DNA from: a virus
Taxonomy: Duplodnaviria; Caudoviricetes
DNA length: 64,000 nt
IMG/VR virus record: IMGVR_UViG_3300028887_000078
Strand: one strand, 5' to 3'
The position numbers and the translations under genes are program-made. Below, piece by piece: positions 40,012 through 51,100 of this stretch. The notes under the pieces were generated by a model. The model was not told where the DNA came from. It made no database searches and worked only from the letters and a program-made list of their open reading frames with translations. Every line of letters starts with the position of its first letter. The stretch's first letter is position 1.

Positions 40012-41211
40012 ATGAACGCATCGAAATACAGTGTGCTTTCAAGCACGAGAATATCTTTCAGGTTGCATTTCAACCTGAACAAGGAATGCTCGGAACCGAA
40101 AGAGCCGTTTGAACTTTCAAGTGACGATTTCTGCGACTGCATAACCACGCCTTTCGCAAATTATGCGAATGCCAAAATAATGCTCGCGGAGGCGCTGAAA
40201 TACATAAAGGGCAACGGGAGTACGGACACGAACTGTTCTGCCGAAATTCGCCTCGAAATGGAGCGGAAATTGTGCCCTGTCTACAGGATGAACGTCTGCA
40301 AGTTTATACTTTCATTCGATGAGGATTGTGCATACAGACTTTTTCCTGAACGCAAGGGTGTTGTCGGTGCGATGAGCATCAGGCGTGCGCTCGATGTGTG
40401 CGATGTCCCCGACGGTATGAGTTTCTATGACAGGTGCTGCGACAAGAATGTCCTTTCAGGAAACCTGTACGGGATTGACCTTTCCGATATGGATGAAAAC
40501 ACCATATCAATACGTTATTGCGGAGGAAGGGGTTATGAGGACAAATATATGGAGTTGTCCGCATTTATAGACCACTGTATAACGAATGTCTATGCAATCG
40601 TTTCGGAACCCGCGTACAGTGTGGGTGAGATTGACGAACTGCGTGACATAACCGAACGGAGAAAATCGTTCTCCGAAGCGTTTGTTGAGTATGACGCTTT
40701 CAAAAAGATGTTCCCGAAGGTGAATGTGCTTGTCGACCTTTACGACATAAAGGGTATGGAGAGCGTGTATTGGTCTCTGATAAGGGACAGAGTCCGCGAC
40801 ATTATGGTTCAGATACAGGCGGACAAAAAGACTTCCCTCACCATCAACTACGACACGGATTGCAGTGTGCTCCAACTGAAGAACTGTGAAGTGAAATATG
40901 CCGCAGGACTCATCGGCGTCGATATGATTGACTGCGAGGTTTCCGGACTTGTTTCGAGTTGCTCTATGTATACTTGCGACGTGAAGGACGCGGTGCTCAA
41001 TTTCTGCACCTGTTTCAGTAACACCCACATAGAGGGGAGTTATGTTTCCGACACCTATCTGTCGGACGGCACGAAATGCACCGATTGCAGGATATTCGGC
41101 GATTCGACGATAAGCGGCACATACGAGAAATGCAAACTTGGAGACGGTGTGAAGTATATGAAGCACACAAAGTTCAAGCATACACCGAAAGGAAATGCGG
41201 TTGAAATATAA
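40012..41211 (+). CDS. degenerate amidoligase-like protein with beta-helix-like C-terminus
   Basis: CITTP..Y..AK..L..I..NG.TD.NCS and IRYCGG.GYEDK resemble phage amidoligase-2 motifs with catalytic positions altered. Confidence 0.45.
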   Translation: MNASKYSVLSSTRISFRLHFNLNKECSEPKEPFELSSDDFCDCITTPFANYANAKIMLAEALKYIKGNGSTDTNCSAEIRLEMERKLCPVYRMNVCKFILSFDEDCAYRLFPERKGVVGAMSIRRALDVCDVPDGMSFYDRCCDKNVLSGNLYGIDLSDMDENTISIRYCGGRGYEDKYMELSAFIDHCITNVYAIVSEPAYSVGEIDELRDITERRKSFSEAFVEYDAFKKMFPKVNVLVDLYDIKGMESVYWSLIRDRVRDIMVQIQADKKTSLTINYDTDCSVLQLKNCEVKYAAGLIGVDMIDCEVSGLVSSCSMYTCDVKDAVLNFCTCFSNTHIEGSYVSDTYLSDGTKCTDCRIFGDSTISGTYEKCKLGDGVKYMKHTKFKHTPKGNAVEI

Positions 41212-41215
41212 GAAA

Positions 41216-41242
41216 AAAACGCAGGTCATTCGCCTGCGTTTT
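41216..41242. terminator. bidirectional terminator hairpin overlapping the phoH stop
   Basis: aaaacgcaggt-cattc-gcctgcgtttt. Confidence 0.7.
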
Positions 41243-41918
41243 CCTTTTTTGTCTTTTTCTCTTTTGTCTCCTTGTGTCGTTTGGCGTATTCGTCAATCAG
41301 GGAGTCCACTATTTTGTGCCTGTGGTTCTCTTTGAGTTCTATTGAGACCATCCCGTCAACTCTTTCCGCACAAGAGGCAATGAACGCGAACCCGCTATCG
41401 TTCTTGTGCTTCAGGTCGATTTGTGATATGTCCCCGCAGATTATCATTCTTGAGCCGATACCGAGTCGTGTTACAATCATCTCCATCTGTTCGTCGGTGA
41501 TGTTCTGTGCCTCGTCAACGATGACACAGGCGTCCAAAAATGTTATGCCCCTCATAAACGACACGGGGACGATTTCAAGCGTGCCGTCGTTCAACCATTG
41601 TTCCACCAAAAACCTTCTGTTCTTCCCAAGCAGTGTATAGAAGTTTTGGTAGATGGGTTGAATCCACGGGTCGAGTTTGTCCCTTATGTCGCCTGGCAGG
41701 AAACCGATGTCCTCCTTCGACACCGTTGGTCTCGTGACCACGATTTTGGAAAACTCCTTTTTCATAAGTCCGTCGAGGGCGACCTGACAGGCAAGCAGGG
41801 TTTTCCCCGAACCCGCCTTTCCGTGAAGTACGGTGATTGCATTGGACAGCAACACCTTTTTCGCCGACTTCTGTTCCTCGTTCAGCGAAATGTCGAATTT
41901 GACGTTTTTTTCTGTCAT
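41226..41918 (-). CDS. phoH: PhoH-family ATPase
   Basis: GKAGSGKT, GFLPGD, FMRG.TF, IVDEAQN, TRLG, GD.SQ.D, NHRH. Confidence 0.95.
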   Translation of the reverse strand: MTEKNVKFDISLNEEQKSAKKVLLSNAITVLHGKAGSGKTLLACQVALDGLMKKEFSKIVVTRPTVSKEDIGFLPGDIRDKLDPWIQPIYQNFYTLLGKNRRFLVEQWLNDGTLEIVPVSFMRGITFLDACVIVDEAQNITDEQMEMIVTRLGIGSRMIICGDISQIDLKHKNDSGFAFIASCAERVDGMVSIELKENHRHKIVDSLIDEYAKRHKETKEKKTKKENAGE

Positions 41919-41937
41919 AGAATGAAATATTGTTCGG

Positions 41938-42876
41938 TTAGTGCAGCATTGCGATATTGGTGCAGGGTATCACATACTCGGCGCCCATCTCCTCCGCATC
42001 AGTTTCCAAGAATTTCAGTCTGAAAACGGCATACAACGCTGTTTTCGGTATTTCGGAGAGTTTGTCGCCCACATAGCATATCCTGACTTTCCCTTGGTCT
42101 GTTATGCCTTTCGTGCAGGTTATCTCAATCCTTGATATTTCCGCCACGCTGCTTTCATTGTATGGCGTGGTGGAAGCTATCTTCAAAACCGCCTCCCCTT
42201 TGTCTATGACGTCTATCAACGGCGTGGTCTGACCTATTAGGGTTGCGTTCGGCATACCGTTCACCTCGCATACGCAGTCCGCTTCCTTTCCCTCGACAGG
42301 GGTTATCTTTATGGCAAGGTCGGAGGTGTATTTGATTGGGTTGAAAAGTATGTACCCGAACTGCGTGCATTCCCCGTTGTCCTTTCCTATGACGATTGCG
42401 TCGTAATCGTCGGGACACACCTCGCTGTCCGAATCGGTGACCGTGGTGTTGAATGTTTCAAAGAACGTGTTGTCGTCATAGTGTTCCCAAAAGTTCTTCG
42501 GTGTTATGTCGAAGAGGTTTCCGTCGTATTTCTTTTGCAGGAATGTTATGATTCCGTCGCTCCTCACCCCGCCCTGTGTCGTCATAAACATAACAGGACA
42601 GTCGTATTCGTTGTTGAACGTGATGTCGAGGTAATCAAGTCTTGAGGTGTCGAGCGGTTGTCCGTCCTTTCCGAGAATGAATATGTCTTGGCAGTAGCGG
42701 AGTCCGCCATACAGGTCGGGTATGCAAGGCACATATACGGAAAACCCCTTGCATTTTGAAGTTCCGCCGCACCCCTTGTCGTTATATACATTCGGCAGGA
42801 CTGTCTTTACAGTCTGCACGGTCGTTGTCGTGCCGTATCCGTTTGATGTCACGGTTGTTGTCGTCGTAGTGCTCAT
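41938..42876 (-). CDS. hypothetical late protein
   Basis: 312 aa, Thr-rich N-terminus; in the operon downstream of late promoter 43090. Confidence 0.6.
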   Translation of the reverse strand: MSTTTTTTVTSNGYGTTTTVQTVKTVLPNVYNDKGCGGTSKCKGFSVYVPCIPDLYGGLRYCQDIFILGKDGQPLDTSRLDYLDITFNNEYDCPVMFMTTQGGVRSDGIITFLQKKYDGNLFDITPKNFWEHYDDNTFFETFNTTVTDSDSEVCPDDYDAIVIGKDNGECTQFGYILFNPIKYTSDLAIKITPVEGKEADCVCEVNGMPNATLIGQTTPLIDVIDKGEAVLKIASTTPYNESSVAEISRIEITCTKGITDQGKVRICYVGDKLSEIPKTALYAVFRLKFLETDAEEMGAEYVIPCTNIAMLH

Positions 42877-43076
42877 TGCTGTGGTGTAATATGCAGTATG
42901 GAAGTCGTAAGTTCTGGCATTTCAGCGTATATGGTGTATTTGTCGGAAATTGAGTGTATTATGTACTTTCCCGACTCTCTCCTGTAGTCGGCGTTTTTGA
43001 AAACTTTCACGCAGGTGAAGTTTTGGTTGTATAGTTCTATGTCGGTGCCGTTTTTCCTTATGAACATTTCCATCAT
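42873..43076 (-). CDS. small hypothetical protein
   Basis: First gene after TATAAATA 43090-43097; ATGA overlap with the next gene. Confidence 0.55.
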   Translation of the reverse strand: MMEMFIRKNGTDIELYNQNFTCVKVFKNADYRRESGKYIIHSISDKYTIYAEMPELTTSILHITPQQ

Positions 43077-43166
43077 TATTCCTTTCACTTATTTATAGGG
43101 CGCGCGGAGAGCAGACCACGATGAATGCACCCATATAAATAATGGGTGAATATTTACAAATGAACT

Positions 43167-43991
43167 ATGACAAAGATATTGAGAATCGACGAATTTGTCT
43201 CATCACACATAAATGAAATGGTGGTGAAACCGTATGATGGCAACCTCCGTCCGAAAACGACAGATGAATTGAAACACATCATAGAAGACAGAATCAATCA
43301 GATGGGCGAAAACTGCGACCTGAATGACATTGATGTCAGCGCGCTTACCGATATGAGTTATTTGTTCTATGGTTCCAAATTCAACGGCGACATCTCACAA
43401 TGGGATGTGTCTAACGTGATAAATATGAATGATATGTTTAGATTCTCCAAATTCAACGGGGACATATCAAAATGGAATGTTTCAAAGGTGGAATATATGG
43501 AAAGTATGTTCGATAAGTCCGATTTCAACGGGGACATATCAAAATGGGACGTTTCAAACGTGACGGATATGAACAATATGTTTTACCATTCCAAATTTAA
43601 TGGGGACATATCAAAATGGAATGTTTCAAAGGTGGAATATATGTTTTATATGTTTGAAAATTCCGATTTCAACGGGGACATTTCCAAATGGGATGTGTCA
43701 AATGTGAAAGATATGGAAGGTATGTTTACCGATTCCAATTTCAACGGAGACATTTCCAAATGGAATGTCTCAAAGGTGAAAAATATGTATGGTATGTTTT
43801 GGGGTTCCAAGTTCAACGGGGACATATCAAAATGGAATGTTTCAAAGGTGAGAGATATGTATGGTATGTTTTATGGTTCCAAGTTCAACGGCGACATTTC
43901 CAAATGGAATGTTTCAAAGGTGACAAAAAAGAAAGATATGTTCAAAAATTCCCCATTGGAAAGTAATCCGCCCGCTTGGTATAGGCAATAG
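43167..43991 (+). CDS. BspA-like / DUF285 repeat protein with capsid-targeting-like leader
   Basis: Eight 24-aa (72-nt) repeats FNGDIS(K/Q)W(N/D)VS(K/N)V..M..MF; N-terminus MTKILRIDEF..HINEM; late promoter at 43134. Confidence 0.85.
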   Translation: MTKILRIDEFVSSHINEMVVKPYDGNLRPKTTDELKHIIEDRINQMGENCDLNDIDVSALTDMSYLFYGSKFNGDISQWDVSNVINMNDMFRFSKFNGDISKWNVSKVEYMESMFDKSDFNGDISKWDVSNVTDMNNMFYHSKFNGDISKWNVSKVEYMFYMFENSDFNGDISKWDVSNVKDMEGMFTDSNFNGDISKWNVSKVKNMYGMFWGSKFNGDISKWNVSKVRDMYGMFYGSKFNGDISKWNVSKVTKKKDMFKNSPLESNPPAWYRQ

Positions 43992-44025
43992 TACAATCGA
44001 AGAAAAATACCAATATGCAGCGATA

Positions 44026-44607
44026 ATGAAAATCTTGACATACGAAAGTTTTTCCGCAATCAATGAATCAATCCGCTCGAAGATATTCAAGAACGGAATG
44101 TCCGTAGTGTATTCAAATGACGGCAGCGAGGGTGGTTACAGGCATTATCTCTGCATTACGGAAAAGGACGACATTCTTAAAGTCATAGACGATTTGAAAT
44201 GGGATTCCGATGTCGACGACACGAGAAAACTTGAAATGAAAGATGAAAAATACGGAGTGCTTGTCCATTCGTTTGAAAATGGCGCGGACTGCGTTCTTAT
44301 AAGCGAGGTCATTGTGAACAACATCCTCTACATCTACGACACGAAACTGAAAGTGTCCGACTGCATAAAGGACGGATATATCAAAGATATATCGGACAAA
44401 TGCAACATCGACAACCTTGTCTATGAAAAGGATGTGGACTATTCAAAGATAGTGACTGCGGAACCTGAAGCGCCGTACTTCAACTATGGTTACAGATTCA
44501 ACGATTGGAGCGGAATATCAAGAGGCGACGACACCTATGACATAAACCTCCCGTACGGGGTAAGACGTGGCGTTTCTATGCGTATGCCGAATCCATTGTT
44601 CACATAG
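44026..44607 (+). CDS. hypothetical protein with capsid-targeting-like leader
   Basis: MKILTYESFSAINES. Confidence 0.65.
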   Translation: MKILTYESFSAINESIRSKIFKNGMSVVYSNDGSEGGYRHYLCITEKDDILKVIDDLKWDSDVDDTRKLEMKDEKYGVLVHSFENGADCVLISEVIVNNILYIYDTKLKVSDCIKDGYIKDISDKCNIDNLVYEKDVDYSKIVTAEPEAPYFNYGYRFNDWSGISRGDDTYDINLPYGVRRGVSMRMPNPLFT

Positions 44608-44628
44608 AATATAAATGAAATCGGAATT

Positions 44629-45519
44629 ATGAAGGTTTTGAACATTGAGCAATATGACAATATGATTAACGAGAAGTTAATCACCTTCAACGGGAAGGCG
44701 TATCCGAAATACAACCAAATTGTGATTGTGTGCGGAGGCGGTGGAAGCGGCAAGGGATTCGTGGTCAAGAATGTTCTTGGAATCGACGCGAAGGTTCTGA
44801 ATGTTGACGACATAAAGGACGTTCTTGTAAAGATGAAATCCGACGGGGAATTGTCAAAGAAGTTTGAAGACAAATATGGAAAACCGCTCGACAAGGTTGA
44901 TATGACTGTCCCGAAGGACGTTTCAGACCTCCACGAATTTGTCGGTGACAACAGATACGCGGAAAGAATGCACGACATTGTGTTCCAACAGCAGGTTGGC
45001 AAAAAGGACAAGGACAACATCCTCTTCGACGTCACGTTGAAAAACTACCCGAAGGTGGAGGACATCGCCAGACTTGCTGGCATCGGAGGTTATGACATCA
45101 ACAATATACATCTTGTTTGGGTTCTGAATAATTTTGACACGGCAGTCAAACAGAATGACAGCAGGGCAAGGAAGGTAGACCCGTCAATACTGAAAAAGAC
45201 GCATATCGGTTGTGCAAACCAAATGCACAGGATTTTGAGATACAGTGACGGACACAATCTTGTCGGCGGTGACGTGTGGATTTATTTCGGGAGCACGAAC
45301 ACAGGTGACGCAAAAATGGCGAACTCGCAGAATGGCGGCAAATACATAACCGATTTCTGCGCAGTGAAGTGCAAGTCCGCAGGCAAGGACTTCGAGGACT
45401 ATGACGAACTTATGTCGAAGAAAGTGAAAGTCTATGACAAGGACGGCAACGAGGTAGGTGAGGTGACGTTGAAGGACAAGATAAACAAGTACATCCCACT
45501 TGAAAGCGAGAGGTTTTAG
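44629..45519 (+). CDS. P-loop kinase (zeta-toxin/AAA_33-like) with capsid-targeting-like leader
   Basis: CGGGGSGKGFV, LNVDD, ILFDVT, NDSRARKV; N-terminus MKVLNIEQY..INEK. Confidence 0.75.
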   Translation: MKVLNIEQYDNMINEKLITFNGKAYPKYNQIVIVCGGGGSGKGFVVKNVLGIDAKVLNVDDIKDVLVKMKSDGELSKKFEDKYGKPLDKVDMTVPKDVSDLHEFVGDNRYAERMHDIVFQQQVGKKDKDNILFDVTLKNYPKVEDIARLAGIGGYDINNIHLVWVLNNFDTAVKQNDSRARKVDPSILKKTHIGCANQMHRILRYSDGHNLVGGDVWIYFGSTNTGDAKMANSQNGGKYITDFCAVKCKSAGKDFEDYDELMSKKVKVYDKDGNEVGEVTLKDKINKYIPLESERF

Positions 45520-45598
45520 ACATTGCGTTTTTCAAAACATATAAATATAATCACGGGGCAGTTCCCGTGATTTTTGTTTAACTTAAAACACATTCTAT

Positions 45599-45916
45599 AT
45601 GAAAAAAGTAATGGATTTTCTGAACAGGTGGGGTGTTGTCATCATTATGTCCTTCCTGTTTTTGATTTTAATCAAAGACTGCTCGAACGGAAACAGAATC
45701 AAGCGTTTTGAAAAAAAGCAGACAGAAGCGGTTTCCAAAATAGAAACCCGTGTGGACAGTCTGTCGAAACACCAAGTCACGTATACAGACCTCCGCATAG
45801 AGGGGTTGAAATCGGAAAAGCGTATGATACAGTCCTGTGACAGGAAGAAGTTCGACCTTGACAGGGAGAACCAAATTGACAGGGAAATCGCCGCACTTGA
45901 AGAAAAAAGAAAATAA
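45599..45916 (+). CDS. small membrane-anchored late protein
   Basis: N-terminal hydrophobic helix then a charged coil; late promoter at 45540. Confidence 0.6.
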   Translation: MKKVMDFLNRWGVVIIMSFLFLILIKDCSNGNRIKRFEKKQTEAVSKIETRVDSLSKHQVTYTDLRIEGLKSEKRMIQSCDRKKFDLDRENQIDREIAALEEKRK

Positions 45917-45918
45917 CA

Positions 45919-46698
45919 ATGGCAACGAGGATAGAGCAACTCGCTTCAAATTCAACGATGTATTACAGAGGGGACGTCTGTCTTGAGATAAGTCCGTTCA
46001 CCAACTATTATATGTTCACCATATACAGGGAGAGCAGTGACAGCAGCGTGGACGATTCGGTTCCGCTCGACCTTACCAATCTCGGACGTGTGTATCTGTC
46101 GTTCATAAACGGAGGGGAGAAAATCCGCATACCCAACTACACGCTTGCCGAAAATGTGGATATGGCGAACGGCGAGGTTGCGTTCAGAATATCCTCGGAA
46201 GAGGCGGAACGCATATTGAATTTTTCAAACCGCACGTTCTATATAAGCACCGCAATAGGGGACGGTTCGGCGTCGTCTGATGAAACAGTGCTCTACAGCG
46301 GTCAGTGGAACGATTATGCAAGTGCTATGCAAAGTTCGCTCACGGACACGATAACCTCTTTGAACGGAACCATAACCGAATTGAACACGAGGATTTCGGA
46401 AATAACCGACTCCTATGAATTGAGGATTTCCGAACTTGAGAACGAACTGCTTGCCAAGCAGTCGGAAATCGACGCGCTGAACGCAAGTGTTTCCGAACTT
46501 GAGGGGCGGCTTGAACAATATGGCGGGGAATATATTGAAGCGACAATCGTCAATGAAAACCAAAACACAAACAGAATCGCCATAAGCAAGGAAAAGTTCA
46601 ATGTGGCACAGGACATAAATATAAGTGCAAGTGCGCTTGAACAGACGGACATCAAGTCCTATTTTTCAAAAACAGATTTGACCAAGAAAAAATTATGA
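45919..46698 (+). CDS. putative structural protein with coiled-coil
   Basis: Beta-rich N-domain followed by heptad repeats. Confidence 0.55.
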   Translation: MATRIEQLASNSTMYYRGDVCLEISPFTNYYMFTIYRESSDSSVDDSVPLDLTNLGRVYLSFINGGEKIRIPNYTLAENVDMANGEVAFRISSEEAERILNFSNRTFYISTAIGDGSASSDETVLYSGQWNDYASAMQSSLTDTITSLNGTITELNTRISEITDSYELRISELENELLAKQSEIDALNASVSELEGRLEQYGGEYIEATIVNENQNTNRIAISKEKFNVAQDINISASALEQTDIKSYFSKTDLTKKKL

Positions 46699-47339
46699 CA
46701 TTCGTAGGAATAGACTTTTCATTAAATTCGCCCGGTATGTGCATCGAATATAACGAGCGCATCCGCTTTTTCTCGTTTTTCAACACAGAGGGTTGTGAAT
46801 GGGACAGACCAAACCCGTTGAAGAAATTTGCACACCACAACGCGATAAAGGATTTTGTTACAATGGTTCCATACACAAGGACAAAGACGGACAAGAACAC
46901 TCCCTATGCGGAAGAACAGTCTGCAAAAATGAAGGACGCCGTTATGATTGCGGACATCATCACTTCCACGATACAGAACAACGTCATAGGAGAGGTGATG
47001 TTTTCGCTTGAGGGGTTTGCCTATCAGAGTTCAGGCGCGTCGTTCATTGACCTCATCCTGTTCAATTCATTTCTCCGAAAGGAGATTGTGCAGCAATGGG
47101 GGTATGACAGGTTGGTCATAGTGGCGCCGTCCGCGGCAAAGAAACTTGCAGGAAAGGGAAATGCAGACAAGGAATATATGATTGGGGCGTTCAAGAACAA
47201 CAAACTGAACGACGCAAAACTTTCGGACACAGGACTGTTCCGATATATTCAAGATATATCGGACTTCAAAAATGTGAAACCGATTGACGACATCGTTGAC
47301 AGTTATTTCATTATGAAAGCACAAAACATACAGAGATGA
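46695..47339 (+). CDS. RuvC-like Holliday junction resolvase
   Basis: VGIDFSLNSPG, LEGFAY, PSAAKKLAGKGNADK, DDIVDSYF. Confidence 0.8.
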   Translation: MTFVGIDFSLNSPGMCIEYNERIRFFSFFNTEGCEWDRPNPLKKFAHHNAIKDFVTMVPYTRTKTDKNTPYAEEQSAKMKDAVMIADIITSTIQNNVIGEVMFSLEGFAYQSSGASFIDLILFNSFLRKEIVQQWGYDRLVIVAPSAAKKLAGKGNADKEYMIGAFKNNKLNDAKLSDTGLFRYIQDISDFKNVKPIDDIVDSYFIMKAQNIQR

Positions 47340-48052
47340 TAGGTATAGTCGAAGATAACCTCGACCCTGAATGTCAGGGCAGGATTAAGGTCAGGATTTA
47401 TGGCAGAACCGACCAAAAGGAAGATGACGGCAGTTATGTGATTCCTACCGAAATGCTTCCGTGGGCGCTGCCTTCAGGTTGCACAGGCGGCGGCAGTACA
47501 AGCGGGGGATTCATCAGTGCAATTCCGAAAATAGGTTCAATCGTCAGGGTAGAGGGTACATTGAACGTTCCTGTTTACACAGGAAATGTCTATGTTTCGG
47601 ACGAGGTGGTTTCGGAGATACAGGGCAACGGTTACCCAAATTCCCACATACTTGTATATGACACCAATTTGGGGAATGACACAGACAACGTGAGAACAGG
47701 GGAGCACATAAAGGTCTATTTCACGGAAGGGAGCGGTTTTGTCATAGACTATAAGACAGGCGGCGGCAACTCAAGGGTTGAAGTTTCGCCTGAAGGTTCC
47801 ATACAACTGACAGATTCGTCAGGAGGAAAGATAATTATGCACAACGGGGACATAGTCATACAGTCGGACAAGTGCATAACACTCGACGCCCCTGAAATAA
47901 AACTCGGAAAGAACGCGGACGACTATGTTCCGAAAGGGAGGAAGTTCTACGATATGGTGAAGTCGCACGTCCACGAACAGGGTTCGGCAGAGACAAGCGA
48001 ACCCCTACAACTTGTTCCGACGGACATCTATAATACAAAGGTGAAGATATAA
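47336..48052 (+). CDS. baseplate hub/central spike protein (gp5/gpV-like OB fold)
   Basis: GIVEDNLDP..GRIKVRI..LPWA, IPKIGS.V.V; beta repeats and HVH apex motif. Confidence 0.8.
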   Translation: MIGIVEDNLDPECQGRIKVRIYGRTDQKEDDGSYVIPTEMLPWALPSGCTGGGSTSGGFISAIPKIGSIVRVEGTLNVPVYTGNVYVSDEVVSEIQGNGYPNSHILVYDTNLGNDTDNVRTGEHIKVYFTEGSGFVIDYKTGGGNSRVEVSPEGSIQLTDSSGGKIIMHNGDIVIQSDKCITLDAPEIKLGKNADDYVPKGRKFYDMVKSHVHEQGSAETSEPLQLVPTDIYNTKVKI

Positions 48053-48079
48053 AACTGAATTTCACTCTGTCTTGTGAAG

Positions 48080-48113
48080 CAGAAACGCAGGTGAAATTTC
48101 ACCTGCGTTTCTG
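48080..48113. terminator. perfect 34-bp palindrome / bidirectional terminator
   Basis: cagaaacgcaggtgaaa-tttcacctgcgtttctg between convergent genes; second hairpin at about 48135-48156. Confidence 0.75.
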
Positions 48114-48191
48114 TATGAAATAATTCTGAACAAAAAAACCTGCTATTAGCAGGTTTTGTTTTGTATCGGATTTTTTTCTACGGTTGTCCGT

Positions 48192-51100
48192 TTATGATTT
48201 TAATTTGAGATTTCTTATTGCTTCAGCAAACTCATTCACCGCTTTTTGGAACGCATTGGCGTCGAGTTCCGCTTTCACAGTTTGTGGTCTTTGCGGTTGC
48301 GGTGTAGGAGTCGGTGTGTTCTGTTTTCCAAATAGACCTGTTTTACCGCTTCCGTTTCCGCCTGTTTTACCGCTTCCGTTTCCGCCTGTTCCACCGCTTC
48401 CTCCGCCATTTCCGTTGCTGTTGATGGTTTCAACGATTTCCTCTATGGTTTTCTTTATGTCTTCAAGTGCCTTCGTTGTCTTTGCATTGTCAGCGCTCAC
48501 GAGTTCCCCGAACCCAGCAATCATATCCGCATAGGGTTTCATTATGTCGTTGTTGATGCTGTTGATTGCGTTTGCTATCTTCTGCGTGTTGGAACTGATG
48601 TTGTCGAACACCTTTTCCTTGACTGCGTTCCTCAACGAATCCACGAACTTCTGCGACTTGTCGATATTGTTTCCTGCGCCTGCGAGTTTGTTCATACCTG
48701 TCACGAGTTGGTTCGTGAAGTCGGTGAAGTTCCTGCCGTTGGCGCTTTTTATGTTTGCCGCGGTGTCCGACATATTCTTCACTTTCGTAAGTACCGATGC
48801 GTATTTGTCGGCGATTCCCTTTGACTTGTCGAGGTCGCTTGTCTTGAATGATTTCAGTGTGTATTCAATAGGTTTACTTTTGCTGTAGAAGGTGTACTTG
48901 GTGTCATTTTCCCTTTCAACGAATGTCGTCGCCATTGTCATAATGTTGACTACGGGCTCGAACACGTTCGTCGGGTTTTTTGCAATGTAGTTGAGCGATG
49001 ACTGCTCGGCTGCGAGAGACTTGACGGATTCGCTCACCCCCTTCGCCGCTTTTTTGACGCCTTCCATAACCTTGTCCCATTGCGGTTCGTCGCTGTTTGG
49101 CCAATAAAGCAAACGTCGCAACTGTCCCACTTTTCCGAACTTCGCGGTTGCTTCAGGATAACCGAGTTCTGCTGGTATGAGGTCGAATGATTTTTGCGTA
49201 CCGTCGCTTGTCACGGATGCACCTATCTGTGCGAATGCCGTGAGGGACAACGCTATGGACTGCACGAGTTTCGCGGTGACGTCTATGATTTTGTCGGGTT
49301 TCGCTATTTTGCCCAATGCCTCGAACCCTTCCGCGATGCCTGAAATGATGTCGCCTATTCCCGTCGCCGCGTCGACCGCCATACCGAAATAGGTCTTGCT
49401 CGGCGTTTTCTTCGTCGAGGAACTCGTCGACACACCCGCTCCCCAAAGTTTGACTTCCGCCTTTGACTCGGACTTGGTTTCAATGTCGTACAGCACGCCG
49501 CCGTTCTTTAGCGATTCGCCGAGTTGCCAAAATACAGAGATTGCGCCGCAGGTGAGCATCTGCATATTCCTGACCATTCCGCTTCCGCCGTCCACACCCC
49601 AATCCTTGTTGATTTTGCCTGGTTCCCCTATGTTCTCGATTATTTTCTTGTCGGAAAGCGCCTTCACAATCGCCGCCATACCCTCCATCATCTTGCCGAT
49701 GTTGCCCACGCTTTCAAGCGCTCTCGCCACATCTGTCTTGTGGGTGTTGTAGTTTACGGTTTGTTCAGACGCTTCGTGGACTGCGACCATACCTGCGCCG
49801 ATTTTGCTCGCCCGTGTTTTCGCCTGACCGAGTTTTACATCTATGGACTCGTCGACCGTTCCGAATTTTATAAGCGGTTCCTGTATGCCCGTCAGCAATG
49901 TCGCGACGCCGTTGGCGACGTCGGTAATCCAAGTGTTGTCCTTTGAGTTCACCAAATCCTTGAACTCCTTCATACCGCTCGCTATGTCCTTCAGTGCGTT
50001 GCCGATTCCCTTCACGCTCTTTATTCCCTCCTGAACCGCGTTTTTGCCGCCGACGAAGAATTTGAACAGGTCGCTGTATTTTCTCCCAGATTCCGTTTCA
50101 AGTTTTTCAATCTCCTTGCCCAGCCAAGCGTCGCCAATCATCTTGAACGCGCTTGACACGGAAGTGACGGTTTCCACGACGGCATCCGTGAACTCCTTCA
50201 TATAGGTCGTGCTCTTGAACTTCGTCCCGTAGGTGTCGTAGAACTCCGTAAGACCTTTTGCGATTTCCTTCAGGGCGGTTCCCATTTTCCTCGCTTCAAC
50301 AGCGCCTTTCGCCGCGTCGCTCGGAGTGTATGCCGCCATCGTTCTTCCAAACCATCCTTTCTCAACATCTTCCTTGCCCTTGTTGTTTCCGCCGAGTATG
50401 GAGAATATGTCCCTGACAGCGATGAGGACGGTCGATATTTCGGTTATTTTCGTTATGTCTATGTCGCTGTTCGTCCATTCCTGCATACCTTTCGCGAGGC
50501 GCTTGATTGTTATGCCCGCGGTGGTCATAGCGGACGCGGTCACCTGCATCTGCGCCAAGTTGAACGGGGCGAACATAGACGACGTCATTTTTCCCGCGAA
50601 GCGTTTCAGGAACCCTTTGGTTTCGGTTTCGTCTCCTTTCGGTGTGCCTTGGAAGGCAAGTTTTATCCTGTCTATGGAAAGGCAGAGTATGTCGAGTTTC
50701 TTTTCGTCGATGTTCACGCCGTTCCAATTCTGCAACGCGCGTCCAAGAGACGACAGCGCTCCGCTTATTATCGCTATCGCGGTCGCGGAAGTCGTTATCG
50801 GCGCGAGCTCGAATGCCCCCGTGATTGCTCCGGAGATGGCGCTTCCTATCTTTTTGAAAAACCCCTTTACCCCGCCTCCGCTGTCATCGCCTTTCGGTTT
50901 GCCCATAAACGCGAGTTTCAGTCTGTCTATCGAGATGCAGATGAGGTCGAGTTGGTTTTTGTCGATGTTCGCTTTCGACCATTCTTGCAATGCGAGTCCG
51001 AGTCTTTTCAATGCTCCCGCTATCGTGAAGATTGCCACCGCTCCTATTCCTATTGGAATTGCAAGCGGTGCGAGCAGGGAGAACTCAAGTCCGAATATGC

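Noticed and set aside
43370-43925. CRISPR-like direct repeats with 72-nt period
   Set aside because: The repeats are in frame, vary at synonymous positions and encode DUF285/BspA units
44375-44393. Coding-region variant of the GATATATC double motif
   Set aside because: Imperfect and inside a CDS (GYIKDIS); may be chance, so it is not counted among the six sites
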